Assembly: GCA_934729465.1 (NCBI GenBank)
Contig: CAKVEP010000010.1
Location: 27,076-59,075, forward strand
Reading direction: 5' to 3'
DNA: 32,000 nucleotides
Source of the DNA: an uncultured Eubacteriales bacterium
Lineage (GTDB): Bacteria > Bacillota > Clostridia > Oscillospirales > Acutalibacteraceae
This document shows positions 1 through 9,764 of this stretch, piece after piece. The position numbers and the translations under genes are program-made. Every line of letters starts with the position of its first letter. Position 1 is the first letter of the stretch. Under the pieces are notes generated by a model, which saw only the letters and a program-made list of their open reading frames with translations, had not been told where the DNA came from and ran no database searches.

Positions 1-1746
1 AACGGCAAGGGCGTTAGTAAATTACGTTTGTGGGCTTCTAAGTCGAACGAATTTGATATGAGCATATTCAACAGTGGTGACTACATGCGTGCTATGGAAA
101 GAGATGCCATGGCAAAGGTTATTACTCGTGTTTTGTATCCTGAAGATAATCACCCCGAAGGAAAAAGTCTAAGAATTACTCAACAATACTTTTTAGTTTC
201 TGCGACTATCCAAGACATTATTTTCAGACATTTAAGAAATTATGAATCAATAGACTCCCTCCCAGACAAAGTTGCAATTCACTTAAACGACACTCATCCT
301 GTTTTGGCAATCCCTGAAATGATGAGAGTCTTAATGGACATTTGTGGTTACAATTGGGATGACGCTTGGAACATCGTCAACAGAACAGTCGCTTACACTA
401 ATCACACAGTTATGAAAGAGGCTCTGGAATGTTGGAACCAAGAGCTTATCCGCACTAAGCTTCCAAGAATATATCAGATACTCGAAGAAATAAATCGTAG
501 ATTTTGCCAAGATATGCACAATAAAAACGTGGACGGCTATCAAGTTGGCAGAATGGCTATTATAAACGACGGTTTTGTTAAAATGGCAAACTTAGCTGTT
601 GCGGCAAGTCATTGCGTGAATGGAGTGTCGGCGCTGCACAGCGACATTATCAAAAATACCGTCTTTAAAGATTTTTACCCCGTTATGCCCGAAAAGTTTA
701 AAAACGTTACTAACGGTATCGCTCACAGAAGATGGCTGTGTCAAGCTAACGAGGAGCTTTCCGATTTAATAAAAGAGCTTATTGGGGACAGCTTCATAAC
801 AGATGCGGCAAGGTTAAAAGAACTTGAGGCTTTTAAAGACGATAAAAATGTGTTAGCCCGACTTGAAAAGATAAAGTTTAACAATAAAGAAAGGCTTGCT
901 AAATATATTAAAGAAAATCTAAACATAAACATAAACCCGGAATCTATATTTGACGTGCAGGCAAAGCGTCTGCATGAATACAAACGTCAACTGTTAAACG
1001 TTTTAAACATAATCTCGGAGTATCAAATGTTAAGAAATAACCCTACCGCAGAGTTCACTCCTAAAACATACATTTTTGCAGCTAAGGCGGCTCCGGGCTA
1101 CTATTTCGCAAAAAAAATTATTCAATTAATCTATGAGCTTTCGACTGTTATAAACAACGACAAATCAATAAAAGATAAAATAAAAATCGTATTTTTAGAG
1201 GATTACAGCGTCAGCCTCGGAGAAATATTAATTCCCGCTGCTGAAATAAGTCAGCAGATTTCCCTCGCAGGAACCGAAGCTTCCGGTACAGGCAACATGA
1301 AATTTATGATAAACGGCGCCGTGACGCTCGGTACTATGGACGGAGCAAATGTTGAAATATTTGATGTTGTTGGCAAAGATAATATAGTAATATTCGGACT
1401 CACCGCCGAAGAGGTGGAGAAAATCAAAAAAGACGGATACAATCCCTTGGTTTACTACAATAACAATTGTATGTTAAAAAATATAGTAGACGAAATAAAC
1501 CGTGGCTTCGGCAACACAAACTTTACAGATATTTCTCACTCTCTCACAAACATAGACCCATTTATGGTTATGGCGGATTTCTCTGACTACAACAAAGCTC
1601 ATGAAAAAATAACCGATATGTATAAAGACAAAGAAAATTGGAATAAAATGTCTCTAATCAACATAGCAAATTCCGGAGTCTTCTCTGCCGACAGGGCGAT
1701 TCGTGACTACGCCGAAAATATTTGGGGAATTAAACCTATAAATTAA
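1..1746 (+). CDS. glgP: Glycogen/maltodextrin phosphorylase (GT35), C-terminal ~580 aa; the 5' end lies outside the window
   Basis: Frame 1 is open from base 1 to the stop at 1744-1746. The translation carries the pyridoxal-phosphate lysine motif EASGTGNMKFMINGA and the typical C-terminal FSADRAIRDYAENIW. Confidence 0.9.
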   Translation, partial: NGKGVSKLRLWASKSNEFDMSIFNSGDYMRAMERDAMAKVITRVLYPEDNHPEGKSLRITQQYFLVSATIQDIIFRHLRNYESIDSLPDKVAIHLNDTHPVLAIPEMMRVLMDICGYNWDDAWNIVNRTVAYTNHTVMKEALECWNQELIRTKLPRIYQILEEINRRFCQDMHNKNVDGYQVGRMAIINDGFVKMANLAVAASHCVNGVSALHSDIIKNTVFKDFYPVMPEKFKNVTNGIAHRRWLCQANEELSDLIKELIGDSFITDAARLKELEAFKDDKNVLARLEKIKFNNKERLAKYIKENLNININPESIFDVQAKRLHEYKRQLLNVLNIISEYQMLRNNPTAEFTPKTYIFAAKAAPGYYFAKKIIQLIYELSTVINNDKSIKDKIKIVFLEDYSVSLGEILIPAAEISQQISLAGTEASGTGNMKFMINGAVTLGTMDGANVEIFDVVGKDNIVIFGLTAEEVEKIKKDGYNPLVYYNNNCMLKNIVDEINRGFGNTNFTDISHSLTNIDPFMVMADFSDYNKAHEKITDMYKDKENWNKMSLINIANSGVFSADRAIRDYAENIWGIKPIN

Positions 1747-1779
1747 GCAAAATTTCTTTTAAGAAAGTGTGTCTATAAT

Positions 1780-3603
1780 ATGGTAATATTCAATTCAAGA
1801 GACTTAATATACAGAAATCCTTTCGGCGCAGTTGAAGAGGGAGTTTTTATACATTTTAAAATTATTTTAAAAAGGTCTCTCGGTTGTAGGTATTCAACGC
1901 TTAAGGTGTTTCAAGACGAAAGCTCAGAAGTAGAAAATATTAATATGTATTGGTGCGGAATGTATGGGGATAATCATGAAATGTGGGAATGCGATTATGC
2001 TCCTTCAAGAATGGGATTGTACTGGTACAATTTTGAGATAACAACAAACAGCTTTAAAAAGACAATAGGAAAAAGCGACTCAACCGGCAACGGCGTTCTG
2101 GACTGTGATAACAAGTGGCAGCTCACGTGTTACAAAAGGGACTTTAAAACTCCGAAATGGATGTATAACGGAGTAATGTATCAAATATTTCCCGATAGAT
2201 TTTATAATTCCGGAAAACCTAAAAATAATGTTCCAAAAGACCGTATTCTCCACGAAAACTGGCTTTCTCCACCAATACACACCCCAAACGATAAGGGAGA
2301 GTACCTTAATAACGATTTTTTCAAAGGTGATATTCAAGGTATCATCGAAAAAATACCTTATTTAAAAAAATTAGGTGTAACCTGCGTTTACCTCAATCCC
2401 ATTTTCGAATCTCATTCAAATCATAGATACGACACCGCCGATTACGAAAAAATCGACCCTCTCCTTGGAACAGAAAGTGATTACGATAATCTTTGTAAAG
2501 AACTAAGGAAAAACGGTATACACTTAATTTTAGACGGTGTGTTTAGTCACACGGGTCAAGACAGTAAATATTTTAACAAATTCTCAAGATACGACACCAT
2601 TGGAGCGTTTAATTCAAAGCAATCCGACTTCTATGACTGGTACAGCTTCGAGGAATGGCCAAATGTTTATAAATCGTGGTGGGGAATTAATTCTCTGCCC
2701 GAAACAAACGAAACCTGTAAATCTTTTAACGATTTCATCAACGGAGAACACGGTATTATAAGAAAATGGATTAAAAAAGGGGCTAGTGGGTGGCGTTTAG
2801 ACGTTGCCGACGAATTGCCTGATGAATTTTTATACGAGTTACGAAAAGCTGCAAAAAGCGAAAATCCTGAATGTTTTATCTTAGGTGAGGTATGGGAAGA
2901 CGCCTCAAACAAAATAAGCTACGGTCACAGACGAAAATTTATTTTGGGAAATCAACTCGACAGCGTTATGAATTATCCCTTTAAAGACGCTATCCTTGAT
3001 TTTGTTTGTGGGAAAGATAGCTTTCGTGTTATGGAAACAATACTTAGCGTATTAGAAAATTATCCTCCTCCCGTGATAAAGGTACTTATGAACCCTCTGA
3101 GCACCCACGATACTATTCGTGCAATCACTCTACTTGCGGGAACCCCTTATATTAATCAAGACAGAAATTTTCAAGCAACCACACGTCTATCAAAAGAGCA
3201 ATACGATAAAGGAATCATATTAATGAAATTAGCCTCCGCCATACAATTTACACTTCCGGGAGTTCCGTGTATATACTACGGCGACGAAGCTGGAGTAGAG
3301 GGGTATCTCGACCCGTTTAACAGAAAACCTTTTCCTTGGAATCACGAAAACGAAGAACTAATAAAGTGGCACATTTACCTTGCAAAATTAAGAAAAGACA
3401 ATGAAAAAGCTTTTTCGGGTAATTTTTCTCCTCTAAAAATACAAAAAAATTTTATATCATACATATGGCAAAACGAAAAAAGCTCTCTGCTTTGCTTTTT
3501 CAACGCAGGAAACGAAGAAGTTAGTGTTAATTTAAGCGATTTTAATTTCAGCGGCGAAGTTAAAATACAAGCTAAAAGTTGTAAAATTATAGAGAATAGA
3601 TAA
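1780..3603 (+). CDS. GH13 alpha-amylase-family glycosidase (neopullulanase/cyclomaltodextrinase-like)
   Basis: 607-aa ORF with the GH13 conserved regions: LILDGVFSHTG (I), GWRLDVADE (II, nucleophile Asp), GEVWED (III, acid/base Glu) and PLSTHDT (IV-like). Confidence 0.85.
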   Translation: MVIFNSRDLIYRNPFGAVEEGVFIHFKIILKRSLGCRYSTLKVFQDESSEVENINMYWCGMYGDNHEMWECDYAPSRMGLYWYNFEITTNSFKKTIGKSDSTGNGVLDCDNKWQLTCYKRDFKTPKWMYNGVMYQIFPDRFYNSGKPKNNVPKDRILHENWLSPPIHTPNDKGEYLNNDFFKGDIQGIIEKIPYLKKLGVTCVYLNPIFESHSNHRYDTADYEKIDPLLGTESDYDNLCKELRKNGIHLILDGVFSHTGQDSKYFNKFSRYDTIGAFNSKQSDFYDWYSFEEWPNVYKSWWGINSLPETNETCKSFNDFINGEHGIIRKWIKKGASGWRLDVADELPDEFLYELRKAAKSENPECFILGEVWEDASNKISYGHRRKFILGNQLDSVMNYPFKDAILDFVCGKDSFRVMETILSVLENYPPPVIKVLMNPLSTHDTIRAITLLAGTPYINQDRNFQATTRLSKEQYDKGIILMKLASAIQFTLPGVPCIYYGDEAGVEGYLDPFNRKPFPWNHENEELIKWHIYLAKLRKDNEKAFSGNFSPLKIQKNFISYIWQNEKSSLLCFFNAGNEEVSVNLSDFNFSGEVKIQAKSCKIIENR

Positions 3604-3669
3604 ATTTTTAAAAATCTAAAATTTGTTTTTATAAATTTATCTAAACTTAAAATTTTTTCAAAAAAACTC

Positions 3670-3698
3670 TTGACTTCTTTCACTCCTTACATTATAAT
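3670..3698 (+). promoter_or_regulatory. Sigma-A-type promoter of 5S copy 1
   Basis: TTGACT (3670-3675), a 17-nt spacer, then TATAAT (3693-3698). An A/T tract (aaaattttttcaaaaaaa) immediately upstream looks like an UP element. The RNA 5' end lies ~8 nt downstream. Confidence 0.65.
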
Positions 3699-3705
3699 AA
3701 TTTAT

Positions 3706-3821
3706 GTTAGTGTTGATGGTGATGAGGGTACACCTGTTCCCTTCTCGAACACAGTAGTTAAGCTCATTTACGTCGAAAATACTTGACCGGTGACGGTCCG
3801 GAAAGATAGATAGACGCTAAC
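3706..3821 (+). rRNA. rrf: 5S rRNA gene, stand-alone (no 16S/23S in the window)
   Basis: 116 nt. It contains CACCUGUUCCCUUCUCGAACACAGUAGUUAAGC, matching the conserved 5S helix III/loop C core. The termini GUUAGUGUU and GACGCUAAC pair to form helix I. There is a GACCG-GUGA-CGGUC hairpin in the helix IV/V arm. Confidence 0.8.
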
Positions 3822-3828
3822 ATTTATT

Positions 3829-3861
3829 AAGAGTAATCATTAAAATGATTACTCTTTTTTG
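3829..3861 (+). terminator. Intrinsic terminator after 5S copy 1
   Basis: 10-bp stem AGAGTAATCA (3830-3839) / TGATTACTCT (3846-3855) followed by a T-run. Confidence 0.75.
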
Positions 3862-3878
3862 TTGTTGTTTTTATTTTA

Positions 3879-4361
3879 TTATTCGAATTTTTTGGCAAGT
3901 TGATTTCCTCCAAAACCTCCTAAAGCGCCCATTCCAACTACAGTTGCTCCAGCGCCTATAACTCCCCCTACTACTGCTCCGATAGCAGTTTTCAATTTTC
4001 TTTCATCTTCGCTACGCTTACGGTTAGCGTCGTAACTAATTTTTCCTCCCAGTGCACCGAACATCCAAAATGTGTACTTTGATATCAATATACCTAAGGT
4101 AGTTCCTGCACCAGCTCCCAATGCCATTCCGACATCTCTTGTTGTCTTACTTCCTCCCGAGATTTCTTCTAATTCATCGGGGGTTAATTCTTTGCTAACC
4201 TCATGCACTCCTTCTATAATTAGATTTATTTCTTCATCAGTGAAGTCTAAACCTGCTTCGTGGAGCATATTTTTTACAGACTCAAAATCTGTTTGCCTTG
4301 CTAATTTCTCCATAAATTCCTTGTCGTTAACTACCTTTTCCAAAACTTTTTCATCTACCAT
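3879..4361 (-). CDS. Bacteriocin-like precursor: 70-aa Nif11-like leader ending in GG plus a 90-aa glycine-zipper core (paralogue 1)
   Basis: The N-terminus MVDEKVLEKVVNDKEFMEKLARQTDFESVKNMLHEAGLDFTDEE...LTPDELEEISGG fits the Nif11-type leader pattern (L..kv..D..f.ekL, eaGf.ft.eEl, ls.eELe.vsGG). The core has two Gly/Ala-rich hydrophobic segments (GMALGAGAGTTLG; IGAVVGGVIGAGATVVGMGALGGFGG) separated by a charged loop. An AGGAGG SD lies 9 nt before the ATG. Confidence 0.7.
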   Translation of the reverse strand: MVDEKVLEKVVNDKEFMEKLARQTDFESVKNMLHEAGLDFTDEEINLIIEGVHEVSKELTPDELEEISGGSKTTRDVGMALGAGAGTTLGILISKYTFWMFGALGGKISYDANRKRSEDERKLKTAIGAVVGGVIGAGATVVGMGALGGFGGNQLAKKFE

Positions 4362-4396
4362 TGTTTTATACCTCCTATAATTTAATTTGCAGGAAT

Positions 4397-4425
4397 ATTA
4401 TAACATTATACATTAGGTTTGTCAA
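4397..4425 (-). promoter_or_regulatory. Consensus sigma-A promoter of precursor 1
   Basis: On the minus strand: TTGACA (4425-4420), a 17-nt spacer, then TATAAT (4402-4397). Confidence 0.65.
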
Positions 4426-4472
4426 TACATTTTGTGCAAAAAATAAAACTTAAAATTTTTTCAAAAAAACCC

Positions 4473-4501
4473 TTGACTTCTTTCACTCCTTACATTATAA
4501 T
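4473..4501 (+). promoter_or_regulatory. Sigma-A-type promoter of 5S copy 2
   Basis: Identical to 3670-3698: TTGACT, 17 nt, TATAAT, with an upstream A/T tract. Confidence 0.65.
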
Positions 4502-4508
4502 AATTTAT

Positions 4509-4624
4509 GTTAGTGTTGATGGTGATGAGGGTACACCTGTTCCCTTCTCGAACACAGTAGTTAAGCTCATTTACGTCGAAAATACTTGATCGGTGACGGT
4601 CCGGAAAGATAGATAGATGCTAAC
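4509..4624 (+). rRNA. rrf: 5S rRNA gene, stand-alone, copy 2
   Basis: It differs from copy 1 at two positions, both C to T (4567 and 4618). Both fall in helices and leave a G-U wobble pair. Confidence 0.8.
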
Positions 4625-4631
4625 ATTTATT

Positions 4632-4664
4632 AAGAGTAATCATTAAAATGATTACTCTTTTTTG
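4632..4664 (+). terminator. Intrinsic terminator after 5S copy 2
   Basis: Same hairpin and T-run as 3829-3861. Confidence 0.75.
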
Positions 4665-4678
4665 TTGTTCTTATTTTA

Positions 4679-5161
4679 TTATTCAAAAGCTTTGGCAAAT
4701 TGATTTCCTCCAAAGCCTCCTAAAACGCCCATTCCAACTACAGTTGCTCCGGCACTTATAATTCCTCCTACCACCATTCCGACAGTAGCTTTCTCTATCC
4801 TTTCAAGTTCGCTACACTTACGGTTAATGGCATAACTAATTTTTCTGCCCAGTGTACTGCCTAACAAAAATGTGAGCACTGACGCCGGTAAACCTACGGC
4901 AGTTCCTATACCGGCTCCTATTGTCGTTCCGATAACTCTTGTTGTCTTACTTCCTCCAGAGATTTCTTCTAATTCATCGGGGGTTAATTCTTTGCTAACC
5001 TCATGCACTCCTTCTATAATTAGATTTATTTCTTCATCAGTGAAGTCTAAACCTGCTTCGTGGAGCATATTTTTTACAGACTCAAAATCTGTTTGCCTTG
5101 CTAATTTCTCCATAAATTCCTTGTCGTTAACTACCTTTTCCAAAACTTTTTCATCTACCAT
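4679..5161 (-). CDS. Bacteriocin-like precursor: Nif11-like GG leader plus glycine-zipper core (paralogue 2)
   Basis: The 70-aa leader is identical in protein to paralogue 1, with one synonymous nt difference seen. The 90-aa core is the same length but differs at 34 positions by my manual alignment. The C-terminal GATVVGMG.LGGFGGNQ.AK.FE is conserved. Confidence 0.7.
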   Translation of the reverse strand: MVDEKVLEKVVNDKEFMEKLARQTDFESVKNMLHEAGLDFTDEEINLIIEGVHEVSKELTPDELEEISGGSKTTRVIGTTIGAGIGTAVGLPASVLTFLLGSTLGRKISYAINRKCSELERIEKATVGMVVGGIISAGATVVGMGVLGGFGGNQFAKAFE

Positions 5162-5194
5162 TTTTATACCTCCTACAATTCAATTTATAGGAGT

Positions 5195-5223
5195 ATTATA
5201 ACATTATACATTTCATTTGTCAA
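5195..5223 (-). promoter_or_regulatory. Consensus sigma-A promoter of precursor 2
   Basis: On the minus strand: TTGACA (5223-5218), a 17-nt spacer, then TATAAT (5200-5195). Confidence 0.65.
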
Positions 5224-5322
5224 TATATTTTGTACAAAATTGTATAAATTTACTACCGTTTATCAAAAATAATTAATATCAGTAACTATTTTCTTTCAAA
5301 AAACCTTATAAAACAAACATAA

Positions 5323-5352
5323 CCACCTATTTGAATTATCCCAAATAGGTGG
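5323..5352 (-). terminator. Intrinsic terminator closing the serS-guaB-small ORF transcription unit (T-rich on both sides)
   Basis: 11-bp stem CCACCTATTTG (5323-5333) / CAAATAGGTGG (5342-5352). T-rich sequence follows the hairpin in both orientations. Confidence 0.6.
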
Positions 5353-5464
5353 TTTTACTATTTTTTTAATCCTGTTTTTTATTCTTAAACATATTAATCA
5401 TAAATCGCATATATTCCGTTCCTACGGAAATACCAATTCCTGTTGCTAAACCTGCGTCTATATT

Positions 5465-5581
5465 CTAAGCGCCTATTAAGTGAGCTACTTTAAAAAGTGC
5501 CAACCCAAGAGCAATTCCGCCAATTACTTTTAGCAATATTTCCGGAATGTAACTAATAAACTTGATTAACGATTTTATCAT
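5465..5581 (-). CDS. 38-aa hydrophobic peptide MIKSLIKFISYIPEILLKVIGGIALGLALFKVAHLIGA; the same frame stays open past the TAG for 32 more codons, to 5366
   Basis: Hand translation. It starts 30 nt downstream of guaB on the same strand, with only a weak SD (AAGAAGTGA). The post-TAG segment NIDAGLATGIGISVGTEYMRFMINMFKNKKQD also looks like coding sequence, so this may be a 71-codon gene with a premature stop. Confidence 0.3.
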   Translation of the reverse strand: MIKSLIKFISYIPEILLKVIGGIALGLALFKVAHLIGA

Positions 5582-5611
5582 GTCGGTCACTTCTTTTATA
5601 AATTAGTGTGA

Positions 5612-7087
<1,476 letters not shown>

Positions 7088-7115
7088 TCAAAAAACCTCT
7101 CCTTTTAAAATTCTT

Positions 7116-8390
7116 TTATTTTGTTATTTCTGTTGTGCCCATATATTTTTGCAAAACATCTGGTATTTTTACGCTTCCGTCTGCCATTTGGTAGTTTTCG
7201 AGTATAGCAGCGAACGTTCTGCCCACAGCTAACCCTGAACCGTTTAATGTGTGAACTAATTTTGCCTTACTCTTAACTTCGTCTTTGTACCTTATAGACA
7301 TTCTTCTTGCCTGATAATCCTCAAAGTTTGAGCAAGAAGATATTTCGACATACCTGTTATAAGACGGCATCCATACTTCTATATCATAAGTTTTAGCTGA
7401 GCAGAATCCTAAGTCGCCTGTCGACAAAGCAACAACTCTGTAAGGCAAGCCAAGGAGTTGTAGTATTTTTTCGGCGTCATTGGTTAAAGATTCAAGCTCA
7501 TTATAGGAATCCTCAGGCTTACATAATTTAACAAGCTCAACTTTGTTAAATTGGTGCTGTCTTATAAGACCCCTTGTATCACGCCCTGCCGAGCCCGCTT
7601 CAGACCTAAAACATGCTGAATAAGCACAGTATTTTATAGGCAAATCATCGCCTTGGAGTATTTCATCACGGTGATAGTTTGTTACAGGTACTTCCGCTGT
7701 TGGAATTAAATAATAGTTAGTATTTTCAAGCTTAAACTCATCTTCCATAAACTTCGGGAATTGACCCGTTCCATACAAAGAATCACTATTTGCTATATAT
7801 GGTGGTAAAAGTTCTTTATATCCGTTCTGACAGTGTGTATCCAAAAAGAAGCTTATTATAGCCCTTTCAAGTCTTGCTCCCAAGCCTTTGTAAAAATGGA
7901 ATCTCGCCCCCGTCACTTTCGCTGCTCTTTCAGCGTCGAGGATATCCAAATCTTTTCCTATATCCCAGTGAGCCTTTGGTTCAAAATCAAATTTTGTTGG
8001 GGTTCCCCATTTTCTTATTTCCAAATTTTCTGTGTCGTCTTTCCCTTTTGGAACACTTTCGTTTGGAACATTAGGTATTGATAGTAACATTTCAAGTTGC
8101 TTTTTTTCAAGCATATTTATGTCTGTATTATAACCGGATATTTTGTCTGATAATTCCTTCATTTCCCTCATTATTTCAGACACATCGCTACCCGACTTCT
8201 TTAATTTAGGAATTTCTTTACTAACAGTGTTTTGCTTTGCTTTCATTTTCTCAACCGTACTTATAAGACCTCTTCTTCTTTCATCGGTGTATAAAAGTTT
8301 GTCGATAAAAGTGTCTAAATCGCCGTTCCTACTTTTCACTGCTTCTTTTACCTTTTCAGGATTTTCCCTAACAAATTTAATATCTAACAT
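7116..8390 (-). CDS. serS: Seryl-tRNA synthetase
   Basis: 424 aa, with an N-terminal coiled-coil arm and class II motifs [21 protein letters not shown] and GSGLAVGRT. Confidence 0.95.
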   Translation of the reverse strand: MLDIKFVRENPEKVKEAVKSRNGDLDTFIDKLLYTDERRRGLISTVEKMKAKQNTVSKEIPKLKKSGSDVSEIMREMKELSDKISGYNTDINMLEKKQLEMLLSIPNVPNESVPKGKDDTENLEIRKWGTPTKFDFEPKAHWDIGKDLDILDAERAAKVTGARFHFYKGLGARLERAIISFFLDTHCQNGYKELLPPYIANSDSLYGTGQFPKFMEDEFKLENTNYYLIPTAEVPVTNYHRDEILQGDDLPIKYCAYSACFRSEAGSAGRDTRGLIRQHQFNKVELVKLCKPEDSYNELESLTNDAEKILQLLGLPYRVVALSTGDLGFCSAKTYDIEVWMPSYNRYVEISSCSNFEDYQARRMSIRYKDEVKSKAKLVHTLNGSGLAVGRTFAAILENYQMADGSVKIPDVLQKYMGTTEITK

Positions 8391-8394
8391 AAAA

Positions 8395-8868
8395 CTATCT
8401 CCTTTTACTATATTTTCCCCTAAAAAGTTTATTCTCTAGCACCCAACCTAAGACTAGATATATAAATATTCCGGTAAGTAAACAAAAAAACTCGTGCACA
8501 ACAACCTCTAAGCTTGCTACTCCAAGTCCCCAAAATTTACTTATATATCCACTTAAAACTGCTACCGATAGACCTACAAATAGTGGAATTGATATATTCT
8601 TAGCGATATTTACGGTGTATGTCTTAAGCATCGCCATAAGAAGCGCTCCAAATACCGCATATTCTGTAAAAATCAGTCCTCCGATAACGTCGTTTGGGGT
8701 AAAAATTCTTTTAATATTTAATGCCTTCATTATACTATTTATTCCGTCAGACAACAATTTAATCTGCGACTGCGACGTTAATCCAAGACCCGGATAAAAT
8801 AAAATAATCCCCGCAGCCATCACAACCAAAACCGTTGTTACTACGCTTGAAAATCTTATATTCGACAT
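8395..8868 (-). CDS. Hypothetical multi-pass integral membrane protein (157 aa)
   Basis: The ORF is packed between spo0J (4-nt gap) and serS (4-nt gap). It has four to five hydrophobic segments. I do not recognise the family. Confidence 0.6.
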   Translation of the reverse strand: MSNIRFSSVVTTVLVVMAAGIILFYPGLGLTSQSQIKLLSDGINSIMKALNIKRIFTPNDVIGGLIFTEYAVFGALLMAMLKTYTVNIAKNISIPLFVGLSVAVLSGYISKFWGLGVASLEVVVHEFFCLLTGIFIYLVLGWVLENKLFRGKYSKRR

Positions 8869-8871
8869 ATT

Positions 8872-9750
8872 TTAAATTTCCTCTACAAATCTTTTTTCTC
8901 TGCCAAGGAGTCTAGCAAGCTCAAACAAATCATCTTTACCATAAAATTCAATCTGTAAAACTCCCTTTTTGGCGCTATTACCAACGACTTTTACTTTTCT
9001 TCCCAGACATTCTTTTAATGATAATTCCACCTCATCAAAACCGGTGTCTCTCTTTGCGGCGGTCTTACAGCGACTATTTTTCTTATTTAATACGTTTTGT
9101 ATCATCTTTTCAACTTCCCTCACAGAAAGCCCCTGATTTACAACTATATCGGCAAATTTTTCGATATCTGCGTCCTTTTTCAATGCCAACAGCGCCCTCG
9201 CATGACCCGCAGAAAGACTTCCTTCTTCGAGAAAATCAATTACCTTTTTAGGTAAACACAATAATCTTAACACATTTGCGACATTAGACCTTGATTTTCC
9301 AACAGCCTTTGAAACTTCGTCTTGAGTGAAATTATACGTATCCATAAGCATTTTGTAGCCCTTGGCCTCTTCTATCACAGATAAATCTTCCCTTTGCAAA
9401 TTTTCAATAAGCGCAATTTGCATTACTTCAACATCGCTTAAATCTTTCACAACAACCGGTATTTCCGATAACGCCGCCATTCTTGCAGCTCTCCATCTTC
9501 TTTCTCCGGCAATTATCTGATATCTTCCGTTTTCAAGTTTTCTTACTATAAGAGGCTGGATTACGCCATGTTTTGAAATTGAATCGGCAAGCTCTATTAA
9601 AGCTTCTTCTTTAAACGCCTTTCGTGGTTGATTTCTGTTAGGCTCAACTTCAGATAATCTAAGAGTCTTTATCATGTCGGGATTGTTTAAGTCATTTTCC
9701 ATAAAAATAGCGTCCAGACCCTTGCCTAAACCACTTTTTTTAAGTGCCAA
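8872..9750 (-). CDS. spo0J: Chromosome partitioning protein ParB/Spo0J
   Basis: 292 aa, with the ParB box GERRWRAA, an HTH region and a C-terminal dimerisation tail. Confidence 0.9.
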   Translation of the reverse strand: MALKKSGLGKGLDAIFMENDLNNPDMIKTLRLSEVEPNRNQPRKAFKEEALIELADSISKHGVIQPLIVRKLENGRYQIIAGERRWRAARMAALSEIPVVVKDLSDVEVMQIALIENLQREDLSVIEEAKGYKMLMDTYNFTQDEVSKAVGKSRSNVANVLRLLCLPKKVIDFLEEGSLSAGHARALLALKKDADIEKFADIVVNQGLSVREVEKMIQNVLNKKNSRCKTAAKRDTGFDEVELSLKECLGRKVKVVGNSAKKGVLQIEFYGKDDLFELARLLGREKRFVEEI

Positions 9751-9764
9751 AATTAATTCACCTC

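Larger units (their letters stand above)
3643..5242. repeat. Tandem duplication of an ~800-bp module (unit 1 ~3643-4442, unit 2 ~4446-5242)
   Basis: Direct comparison of the two stretches. The offset is 803 nt through the promoter, 5S and terminator, and 800 nt through the minus-strand ORF because of a 3-nt indel just after the terminator. The units are near-identical except in the middle of the ORF. Confidence 0.95.

Noticed and set aside
4072-5201. Plus-strand ORFs 4072-4380 and 4872-5201 in the supplied track, antisense to the two precursor genes
   Set aside because: They are mirror frames of the much better supported minus-strand genes, which have a consensus promoter, an AGGAGG SD and a recognisable leader. 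Their translations are Ser/Pro/Thr-rich low-complexity sequence with no start signals.
3643-5242. The duplicated 5S/precursor module, or the peptide array, as a transposon or integrated mobile element
   Set aside because: I found no transposase, integrase or recombinase ORF, no terminal inverted repeats and no flanking target-site duplication. The duplication is a simple head-to-tail tandem.
8391-8394. An expected T-box leader upstream of serS
   Set aside because: serS starts 4 nt after the preceding membrane-protein gene, so there is no room for a ~200-nt T-box leader. serS appears to be co-transcribed with spo0J and that membrane-protein gene.
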